A DNA stretch of 64,000 nt from Octopus sinensis (taxonomy: Eukaryota): positions 39,692,464 through 39,756,463 of the forward strand of contig NC_043011.1 in NCBI RefSeq assembly GCF_006345805.1, in the 5' to 3' direction. Each line of letters opens with the position of its first letter. The stretch's first letter is position 1. Below the pieces are notes generated by a model. The model searched no databases. It had not been told where the DNA came from and worked only from the letters and a program-made list of their open reading frames with translations. Position numbers and translations under genes: made by a program. Of the stretch, positions 53,401 to 64,000 are shown in pieces.

Positions 53401-56400
53401 TGAGGATATATGGGCAAGCGTGTGCATGCACACATGCACACACACATTTGAATCCAATGACTATATTAATACATTAACCGCCACATGTACCACTGATGGT
53501 CCATTGCAAACGTCACATGACTGCCATATGCTCCACCTGTGGCACATTTTTATAAACTGAGAAAATATTTCATTACGTATCCTTGACGTGGCTTTGAAGT
53601 CATTTAAATAACATGTGTGCTAAATAATTAAGTTTAATTATGAAAAATTACAAAAACAATGCAAAAAGTAATTACATTCCCTTGTAATTAAACAGTAGAT
53701 GGTGTGACTGGAAATATGTGGCATCACCTATGTGTATATGTAACAGGCTGTGATGGTTACTGTGTTAAGGACATCGCTCCAACATGACCACAATCCAGTG
53801 TATGAATCCGGTAATAGAGTATACTAATGACCCAGTATCTTACTGGTACTTATTTAGAAATGATAAGCAGTGTACGACATCAATAGGATACATTGCTCCT
53901 TTTAAGAAACAAAAATTGGGGGGGGGGAATAGCATTTGCATGGTGGGGGAGGAGAGAGAAAAAATACTATTTTAGGTTTATGGATGTGTGTTCGGACTTA
54001 ATAATTTCAATCAGCAGTTGATTTGATTAATAACAAGATAATGAAATCACTTTCAATCAATAAAAAAAAAGATATGTGGAGAGTATATATTAGATATTGA
54101 AAGCACTGAATAGAGACAAAATGAGACTCATATGCACGGCTCACTGGTTACTTGGTGAGCAGAGTATAAATTAGAGAGCATCTGCTATTTCCTCTTTGCT
54201 GATTAGAGACTATAAACAATGACAACAGGGTATATAATATTAGAAATTTAAAATACTGGAAAGTATCAAAAGCAGAACAAGAGGTTCGTTAACAGGACTA
54301 ATTGCTTCCTGGGCAATCGCATTAGAAATCGCACTACAGAGAACCTGTTATTCCTAGTTGATATCATAACCAGCAATAGTGAGGCTGTTGCAGTTTTGCT
54401 TCAGAGTGATTCTTGTAATATCTAATATCCATTACAGGAAAGTCTTAGCTGTTGGACCGTAAGCAAAGAGTATATTTCAGTAATACTTGAAAGCACTTAA
54501 AAATAAATAGTTGCTGTCAGAGCAACAGACAGCATTGCAATCATTTCATTGTTGGTATTAGAATACTATGCTAGGAGAGAGTGTTATAAGATGGTAAAAT
54601 AAGGACTGGCAGTCTCCTAAGTCAGGGGTCAGCAACAGGCAGGCCACTGAGGGTTTTCTCCATGAGCCTTGTACCTTTTCTAGAAATCTTTCAAACTTCA
54701 TGTGTTTGTGAGTCAATGATCAGGGAACCTGCCCAGGAGAACAGTAACTAAAAAAGCAAACAACGTGAACTGATACAGGGAGAAAGAACTTTTTAATCTA
54801 GCACAGAGAAGTGTTCTGATGATGCTAGTGGCACCATAAAATACATTCACTCTACACCGCAAGTCAGAGGTTGGTGAACCGAGGTAAATTACAGCAAGTG
54901 GGGTAAAAATGAAATTCTTGGGGGTAATGAGGACTCATTAGATACAAGTAGAATTATAAAAAAAAACATGTTCCTTGTTATGGCAGAAAATTTTCTTCTG
55001 GCAACACTGCATCAGTCCAATGTAATGGACGTGTAAATAGATTCATATAAATAGATTCAATAAACCTTTTGAATTTAAAGAACCTATGATTTTCTTCCTT
55101 TCAAATCAAGGGGGCTAACATCTGCGTAAATAAGTATATTTTGGGGTAATTGGTTAAAAAAGTTCCCCGACCCCTGCTGTAAGTCATACACAACAACAAA
55201 AGTAGTCAATCTTCTGAGTTGCTGTGCATATTAGATGATGCAGATGAAAAGAAATTATGTAAATTGATGAAGATGGAATTATAATGAAGTGTGTTTTGAG
55301 GTGTTTCAGACATTATTCAGCTTTATCTCAACCAATGTTACTATCATAGATATTTGGAAAGTCTATGACTTTAGCAGCTTTGTTTGGCTATAGCTTAAAT
55401 AAAATTAATCTTTACTATGAACCAGGACTGAAAACGAAAACTGACTATAAAAGTAAAATGAGTTTTAAAACATTAATTCTATAGCATTGCAATAGGTGCT
55501 TTTTAATACATCTCCTACAATAGTCTATGCCAGTTGAACTAATAATAAGTTTACAGATTTTGGAGGAATTTAGGACAATATATGTGTTTATTTAGTCCTC
55601 CTTAAATAAAGTTAAACATTGTTATAGATCAGGATAGGAAAAAAATGTCATAAAAACGAACTCTAAAAGATTTTAACATGTTTAATAAAATATTCTATGC
55701 CAGTTAAACCAATGGCAAATTTACAAATTTTGGGATAATTTAGAGCAATAATCATTTGGACAATTAAATTTGTTTCTTCTAAAAAAATTTATTTCAGGAT
55801 AGATCTGGGTTAAAAAGATATGGACTTAATAAGTAGGATTCAGCCTTTAGGATTAGAATTAATTACATTTCATGATATTTAAGACAATATTTGGTTTTCC
55901 ATTAACAGAATTAAATAAACTGTTGAAATATTTTAAAGATGCAAATTTTTTTAGACAGATTTTTCACTTCTCACGCAATGTTTAACATGTATGTGTTTTA
56001 TATTAACTAATTAACTAAATCGATTAATTGGTTTTGCTAAACATTTCTGCTTGGAACAAGTCTCAGTAACATGTATAATTTTAAGAGAATTGTTAGTGAA
56101 CAGAATAAGTAAATAAATAAATAAACAAAGAAGAGGTTTTATAAGCATGCAAAATCTGACATGCATATCTACTTTAGAGATGTAAAAGAGATTTTGTGGA
56201 AGCAAAAGACAAAAAAATGCCAAATCAGAAACGGATAGGAGAGAAGGAAAACACACATACACACATGTGCACACTCACACATGCACACATATACACACAA
56301 AGATATCAAAGTAAAGCAACCAAAACACAATAAAAATTTTAAATAAAACAGACAGACACACATATATAACATGTATAACACATAATAACAATAATAGATT

Positions 56401-57390
56401 ATTTGGAAATCTGAAAAACATATAGAGTCTGGAAAAAAATTTCTTTGCTTTTGTTTTTTTTTTGTTTTCATTTTTGGAATTCTAAGAACCTAAACAGATA
56501 TTTGGTTTCCTTAAAGAAAGCTAAGCTAATTGGAGTTTTAAAACAAAGGGAAGAAAAATAAACGAGTAATAAATAAAACAACCCCAAAAGATGACCCAAG
56601 AGAGTGGGGATAACAGCTAGAAATCTGAGTTAAGATGTGTGTGCATGATTGAGCGTGTGTGAGTGTGTGTACACACATACATACCTATATCATCATCATC
56701 ATCAAATTTAATGTCTGTTGTCCATGCTGTCATGAGTTGGACAGTTTGACCAGGACTAGATAGCTGAGGGCCTGCACCAGACTCCAGTCTGAATTGGCAT
56801 GGTTTCTACAGCTGGATACCCTTCCTAATGCCAACCATCCCAAGTGTGTTATATATATACATATATATATCATTATGAAATCACATAGCCTGGTGGTTAG
56901 GGTACTGCACTCATATCCTTAGATCATGGGTTCATTTCCTTGATCAAGTGGTGTATTGTGTTCTTGAGCGAAAAATTTCCATTTCACAGAGCTCCAGTCC
57001 AGTGTATTGTGACCAGTGATGTATAACAACATCCAATAGCTTGGTTGGTCATGTGATATATCATCATAACCATCATCATCACCATCATCGTTGTTTTATT
57101 GTCCACTTCAGCAAGACATCTTCTCCTGTCCCTCTATCATACTTACATATCCCTCAATACTAAACCCTACTCAGCTGAGGCGGGGTCTTGTCTTGTGAGT
57201 AGTTGGTGACCTTAACAGGGCTGGTGCCATGCAAAATGCACCTTAATACACTCTATAAATGGTTGGCATTAGGAAGGGCATCCAGCTGTAGGAAATATAC
57301 CAAAGAAGCCACTGGAGCTCAATGCAATCCTCTCGTTGTTTGGTTCCTGTTAAGCTTCCAATGCATGCCAGCATGGAAAAAGAATCACAT

Positions 57391-57800
57391 ACTCTTACTC
57401 TTTACTCTTTTACTTGTTTCAGTCATTTGACTGCGGCCATGCTGGAGCACCGCCTTTAGTCGAGCAAATCGACCCCAGGACTTATTCTTTGTAAGCCCAG
57501 TACTTATTCTATCGGTCTCTTTTGCCGAACCGCTAAGTGACGGGGACGTAAACACACCAGCATCGGTTGTCAAGCAATGCTAGGGGGACAAACACAAACA
57601 CACACACACATACATATATATATATACATATATACGACAGGCTTCTTTCAGTTTCCGTCTACCAAATCCACTCACAAGGCATTGGTCGGCCCGGGGCTAT
57701 AGCAGAAGACAATTGCCCAAGATGCCACGCAGTGGGACTGAACCCGGAACCATGTGGTTGGTTAGCAAGCTACTTACCACACAGCCACTCCTGCGCCTAT
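57391..57800 (-). mobile_element. SINE-B, apparently young subfamily copy
   Basis: Very similar to 49487-49870 and shares diagnostic variants with it (cattggtcggcccgggg, gttggttagcaag). Confidence 0.9.
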
Positions 57801-58675
57801 GATGATGATGATTTATACATATGTATATGTATACATCTTCTTGTGTGTGTATGTGTTAGTGTACAATTGTGTCATCTTGCACAATAATTGGAAATGAGGG
57901 TCCTCATCATACAAGCGGTGCCATTTGTTTTCTCATCTTCAATTAAAAACATGTCCAGCCATAAGGAAATATCACCTGACTTGGAAACAGCTGATGGTCG
58001 GCAGCAGGAAAGGCATCCAGCCATAGGAAATCTGCCTCAACAAATTCTATCTGATCCATGCAAGCATGGAAAAGTAGAAGTTAAAAAGATGATGATGATT
58101 ATGTATGTATGTATGTATGCACACACCTGCACACACCTGTACATGCACATGTATATGTTGAACAGAGAGAGTAGTGACAGTGAGTGTTTGTGACAGTTGT
58201 GTGAGTGAATGACAGCTCTAAATAATGAGTGACAATAATGAAAATGGGAGAGAGACAGACAGACAGATGTATTTCTCTCTTTTTTTTCTTTTCTCTGTTA
58301 TTCAAAAGAGAAAGCAGAATCTATGAATTGTCGCATGGCCTAAATGCTTGCAACAAAGTGGACTCCACTAAAAGCAAACATGGTGCCAGGTGGTGCTATT
58401 AAACTGGGTGATGGATAAGGTCTACCACTCAAGTAGGCCATGATTGGATTTGAATTTAGAATGCAAAAAAAAACTTGAAAAAAACTACTACAAGGCATTT
58501 AGCAGCTCACAACTATCTACAACGCTGGGCTAAAATCCCCAAAAGCACAAAAGGATTAATGGCAAAACAAACCCTGGAAAGATCCAAAATCAAAGCACAG
58601 AAATCCTGGACAAACACCACAAAACACTCAGTCTGAAACTCCAATGACTGTCAATTTGCTGCTCAGGGTGTAGAA

Positions 58676-59268
58676 CAGTGGTTTTCAACCAGGGCCCATA
58701 TGGCCCTTCGGGTCCCATATAAGATTTTGCTGTTAAAATTTATGTGCTGTATATTAGTTATGCTCCTAAAAAAAGAACTCCACTTCGGTCGTGCATGACC
58801 ACGGGATTGCACCCAGAAAGTTACCATCTGAGGCATAAGTCCAGGTAAGGCTGTTTTTATGGAAGACTAGCAGTCACCCATGCATATCAGCCTCCCCTCT
58901 CCATACCACCAGTGTTATCCAAGGGAAAAGCAAAGGCCGATACACCTTGGCACTGGTAACATCACAACTCATTTCTACAGCTGAGTGAACTGGAACAATG
59001 TGAACTGAAGTGTCTTGCTCAAGAACACAACACACAGTCCGGTCTGGGAATCAAACTCACTACCTCCTGATTGTGAGCCCATTGCTCTGACCACTAAGCC
59101 ATACAATACACACTATATTTAAACATTTGTTTTATACAATTCCTAATGATATTTAATCATAAAAATATAGTTGGAGTTTTTAAACATCGAATGGCTAATA
59201 GGGCCCCCTCTCTCCTGCATAAAATAGGAATCAGGGCTGGGGTGGGGAGCATAAGCTGAGAACTACTG
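58676..59268. mobile_element. hAT-type MITE interrupted by a SINE-D copy (~58770-59103)
   Basis: Termini cagtggttttcaac / gctgagaactactg; 8-bp flanks gtgtagaa / gtgtaaaa (7 of 8 match). Confidence 0.78.
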
Positions 59269-59441
59269 GTGTAAAATATAACAGATGCACTGAGTGATTG
59301 TGTGTGTGTGTGTGTTGTTCTTGTTTAGCTCCAAGTGAATTTCAAATGAGAAAAACACATGATCAAAAATGTGATAGCTGTCATCATCCCATCCTTTCAG
59401 ATAGTGTATTATAACTACATTGTCCAATATGTCCTTCATGC

Positions 59442-59449
<8 letters not shown>

Positions 59450-59485
<36 letters not shown>

Positions 59486-59534
59486 TATATATACTTATAT
59501 ATATATATTATATATATATAATTATAATACTTTA

Positions 59535-59611
<77 letters not shown>

Positions 59612-59614
59612 TTA

Positions 59615-59668
<54 letters not shown>

Positions 59669-59711
59669 TTATATATATATATATATCTATATATATATAT
59701 ATATATATATA

Positions 59712-59746
<35 letters not shown>

Positions 59747-59784
59747 TTATATATATATATATATATCTATATATATATATATTA

Positions 59785-59815
<31 letters not shown>

Positions 59816-59875
59816 CTTATATATATATATATATATATATATATACTTATATATATATATATATATATATATATA

Positions 59876-59948
<73 letters not shown>
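59450..59948. repeat. (TA)n with recurring CTT interruptions, then (TG)n
   Basis: Direct inspection. Confidence 0.97.
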
Positions 59949-59950
<2 letters not shown>

Positions 59951-60328
59951 ATAGTAATAAAAAGTAACAACAAAAGAATGAGACCTCGACATTAGATAAA
60001 TAGAGGATTATTTATATGTGTTATAGTTTAGAACAAAAAGTGAAAGGTTGTCATTACAGCCGACATCGCTCCAACATTCGAAACTCTGAGTACTATAATA
60101 ACAACCTTTTACTGTTTGTACTAAGTTATAACACACACACATATATATTGTTGTATTTTGGGATGGTCATTTTTTTTTTGCCAAATAAACACATACACTA
60201 TATATTCTTTCTTCACCCATTTATTACTGTTCTCATTTCAAGTCATATTTCAAGTCATGTGTATTGCCTGGAAATTCTTCGTCGCACATCTGTAACCTCT
60301 TCAGCAACACTTTCCGTTCACGTGTGTG

Positions 60329-60375
<47 letters not shown>

Positions 60376-61127
60376 AGGAGAGTAATTTTAAAAGATTTCT
60401 AGCAAGTCACGCAACCACATAGTGGCTCCTTCATTGGCTTGAGTATACTATGTTAGTGAGTGAGAGATATATAAATACTGTTTGTGTGTGTGTGTTGTCA
60501 CTCAACATGAGGTCAACTACATGACCTGATAAGTAGAGGCATTTCGGCCATGACAATCCAGTCATTCTATAAATTAGGGATTACACTGTAAAGGCATATT
60601 TATGAAAAAATAAATAGGAAAAAAAAAACAAAAACAAAAAAGAACACTAACAAACAAAAAGACAAAGCTAACATCTGGGAGAAAGAGTAAGTAGAGAGGC
60701 AAATGAGGAGTGTAAAGACTTAGGACAGAAAAGGTTGGTCTCATACCAGGGATGGTGGTGAGAATAGTGGTGGTGGTGGTGATGGTGTGGTGGTTGTAGA
60801 GGTAGTGATGGTGGTAGTGCTGGCCATGTTATTATTACTCGTCAGAGTAAATGATAGGGTGGTGGTGGTGGTGCTAGAGATAGTGGTGATGTTGGTAACA
60901 ATGGTGTGGTGGTGGTGATGGTACCACTGGTGATGGTAGAAGTAGTGGTGGTAGTGATAGTGGTGGAACAAGTCAAGAGAGAGGAGTAAAATATCAAATT
61001 TATACACTAGTTCAATGTATTATCTTTTAGTTTTGCTGGTGATGGTCGTGGTAGGTAAGCGTTATAGTTTGAATAGAGACAAGAAGCCTAGAATAACAAA
61101 CTTGGTCAAAAGGAAACAAAACCAGAC

Positions 61128-61178
<51 letters not shown>

Positions 61179-61997
61179 ATGTGTGTGTGTGTGTGTGTAA
61201 GAGTGACCAAATCTACAGTCCAATATTCCTTCTCTTTAGGATGGTAAGCTGGCAGAGTTGTTAGCATGCCAGGTAAAATGCTAAGCAACATTTTGTCCAT
61301 CTCACTATTCTGAGTTCAAATACTGCTGAGGTCAACATTGCCTTTCATCATGATAAAATAAGTACCAGTTATGAACTGGAATTGATGTAACTGACTTACC
61401 CGCTCTCGTAAAATTGCTGGCCTTGTGCCATAAATTTGAAACTAAAATTCTTTCCCTTTTTTCAACAGTGAGAACTTATATCCAAACTTAACCCATTAGT
61501 GACCAACATGGTCCTATTTTTAGGGCCAGAAGGATAATCCATCATATTTCTGCAACACCTGTATTTTTTCGGGATATCTTTAGTTGGTTATCAAAACTGG
61601 AGTGTCTTTCAAATATTTATTTCTTTATTGCCCACAGGGTGGGGGCTAAACATAGAGGGAACAAACAAGGACAAAGGGTTTTAGTCGATTACATCGACTC
61701 CAGCGCATAACTGGTACTTATTTAATCAACCCAAAAAGGATGAAAGGCAAAGTCAACCTCTGCGGAATTTGAACTCAGAACATAACAGCAGACAAAATAC
61801 TGATAAGCATTTCACCTGGCATGCTAACGATTCTGCCAGCTCACCGTCCTGTGTGTCTTTCAAATATTGTAATAAATTTGTTTTATATATTTCGTATCAG
61901 ATAAAGTTGCGTGTATATGTGTGTATGTATGCATGCAAGTGTGTGTGTGTGTGTGTAATGCGAAAGATGTTAGTAATTAGCTTGTAGTAATACTTAC

Positions 61998-62046
61998 GGT
62001 ACGCACAGGCTCAAACGGCTGTTCGTGTTCTTCATCGACACCAACT
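61998..62046 (-). CDS. SLC9A6/7/9-like: Endosomal Na+/H+ exchanger exon A (49 nt): (R)VGVDEEHEQPFEPVRT, start of the cytosolic tail
   Basis: Minus strand ttcctttgatttattccag|AGTTGGTGTCGAT...CGTACC|gtaagt; strong acceptor and consensus donor. Phase 2 in, phase 0 out. Matches the R-VGVD motif that follows the last TM helix of NHE6/7/9 (recalled family sequence). Confidence 0.9.
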
Positions 62047-62355
62047 CTGGAATAAATCAAAGGAAACATTTCGAATATGAGTTTGCTGCTGTTACTATTG
62101 TTGGTGTTGTTATTGTTAATAATTTTACTCTTGCTTTTGATAATGATGATGATGATATTTAAGCTATGTCAGCTTGACCTAGCAAGTCTGTGATTAACCA
62201 TATTTTTCAGATCTAACATGCTCTTAATGTTTTAAGATGGTAGTTCCTAATGTGGAAGATTTGGCTGCTGTTTCTAGCAGATTGAGCAACCACAACCATA
62301 CAGATCAATCATGCAAGCTGTAGCACTCAGGTTGTGTATAGCCCTCTATCACTGT

Positions 62356-62790
62356 TTGTATGGCCTGTCATGACTCTTTGCATGATCCTTTGTGATTCCT
62401 TGTATGGCCCTTTATGACTGTGAGTATGATTCTTCATAACCTTTTGTATGGCACTTTGTGACTCTTAGAAAGGCCCTTTGTGATTCTTAGTATGGCCTTT
62501 CATGACTTTTTGTATGACCCTTCGTGACTCTTAATATGGCCTGCCATGATTCTTAGAATGGCCTTGTATGACTCTTTGTATGACCTTTTGCAACTTTTTG
62601 GCATGCCATTCATGAATCTTAGTATGGCCCATTGTGACTCTTAGTATGGTCCTTCATGTCTCTTAGTATGATCCTTCATGACTCTTCATATGACCCCTTG
62701 TGACTCTTAGTATGGCCTTTCATGACTCTTAGTATGGCCTTTTATGACTCTTTGTATAACTCATTGTATGACCTTCCATGACCCTTCTTA
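62356..62790. repeat. Degenerate 22-bp minisatellite (~20 units)
   Basis: Units such as agtatggcccattgtgactctt, agtatggtccttcatgtctctt and agtatgatccttcatgactctt. Confidence 0.9.
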
Positions 62791-63064
62791 TGGCCCTCCT
62801 AATGTCCATGATTATATAACCATAGAAATGTTTTCTAAATGAAATTCATGAATTGATTTATTTTTCTGTTATTTTAGTATTTATATAAAATATTATATGA
62901 ATTTTCTCACAAAGACATTTCTATTATACCCTTACTTTAATGTTTGATATCCTGTGTTACTACATATCATGTCATATTTAAGTTGTCTGATTTTTTTATG
63001 AGTGATAGCATTTAGTGCTCACTCCTAGAAAAAAGGTCATCCATATCTGACCTTTTCGCTCATA

Positions 63065-63300
63065 GTGGAGTGGTGATGATGGTGGTGGTAGTTGTGATAA
63101 AGGTGATGATGATGGAGGTTGTGATAATGGTGGTTGTGGTGATGGTGGTTGTGATAATGGTGGTGGTGGTGGTAGTTGTGATGGTGGTGGTGGTGGTAGC
63201 AGTGAAGGTGGTGGTAGTGATTGTGGTGATGGTGGTTGTGGTGGTGGAGGTGGTAATGGGATGGTAGTGATGATGGTGTTGATGGTGGTGGTGAGAGTAA
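63065..63300. repeat. Degenerate (GTG/GAT)n microsatellite
   Basis: Direct inspection; a similar tract lies at 60750-60965. Confidence 0.92.
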
Positions 63301-63539
63301 TGCTTTCATGGTAGAATAATGTTAATAGAAAGGATGGTGGTTGTGATGGTGGAACATGAGAAGTGGGTAGTGGTGAAAGATGATGAGGGCAAGTGACAGT
63401 GAAAATGGTAGTGACTGACAGAAGATTATGTTGCTATTGTGTGATGCCATTTGGCTTTGTCGGAGTACACTCAAATGGTGGCATTGCTGAACCCAAATTA
63501 TGCCATTGTTCCATCGTTGATATGATTAGGAAATGTCCA

Positions 63540-63666
63540 GAGAGATAGAGAAAGACAGAGAGTGACACAGAGAGACAGAGACAAAGAGAGTGAGAGATAG
63601 ACAGAGAGGAAGAGAGGGAATGAGACAGAGAGTGACACAAATGGATAGATAGATGAATAGATAGAT

Positions 63667-63699
<33 letters not shown>

Positions 63700-63706
63700 T
63701 AGACAG

Positions 63707-63769
<63 letters not shown>

Positions 63770-63842
63770 GATAGATAGATAGATAGACAGATAAATAGAT
63801 AGATAGATAGATAGATAGATAGACAGATAAATATATAGATAG

Positions 63843-63873
<31 letters not shown>

Positions 63874-63882
63874 GACAGATAA

Positions 63883-63918
<36 letters not shown>

Positions 63919-63965
63919 TAGATAGATAGATAGATAGATAGATAGACAGACAGAGGGAGAGAGAG
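63540..63965. repeat. (GA)n/(GATA)n microsatellite
   Basis: Direct inspection. Confidence 0.97.
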
Positions 63966-64000
63966 CTTTGTCTGCTACATCAACATGTAGAACGGCCACA

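Noticed and set aside
60741-61007. Thr/His-rich ORF ending at a gtatga donor-like site (also His-rich 63037-63309)
   Set aside because: Degenerate (ACC)n microsatellite with internal frame switches.

Overview
AT-rich, repeat-dense eukaryotic DNA whose SINE, LINE, MITE and microsatellite content looks like an octopus (coleoid cephalopod) genome; that assignment is an inference from recalled repeat families. The one supportable gene is on the minus strand: the 3' part of an endosomal Na+(K+)/H+ exchanger (SLC9A6/7/9 family; fly Nhe3, yeast Nhx1). I assembled it by hand from small, phase-compatible GT-AG exons at 62046-61998, 47062-46937, 33990-33908, 32482-32374, 30816-30688 and 11953-11843. 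They encode ...RVGVDEEH...[44 protein letters not shown]...ESDSDTDMII...GDLGLG...GDQV*. The transmembrane exons lie beyond the right edge of the window. The main novelty candidates are a modular exchanger tail and several long intronic hairpins next to exons. The tail has a second in-frame terminal exon (24650-24591, ...ESSTPLL*), a skippable 42-aa exon and a possible read-through Cys-rich end. The rest of the window is decayed or nested transposons (RTE LINE, mariner, piggyBac-, hAT- and Helitron-type MITEs, tRNA-derived SINEs) and simple repeats. Nearly all long ORFs in the supplied track are microsatellite artefacts.
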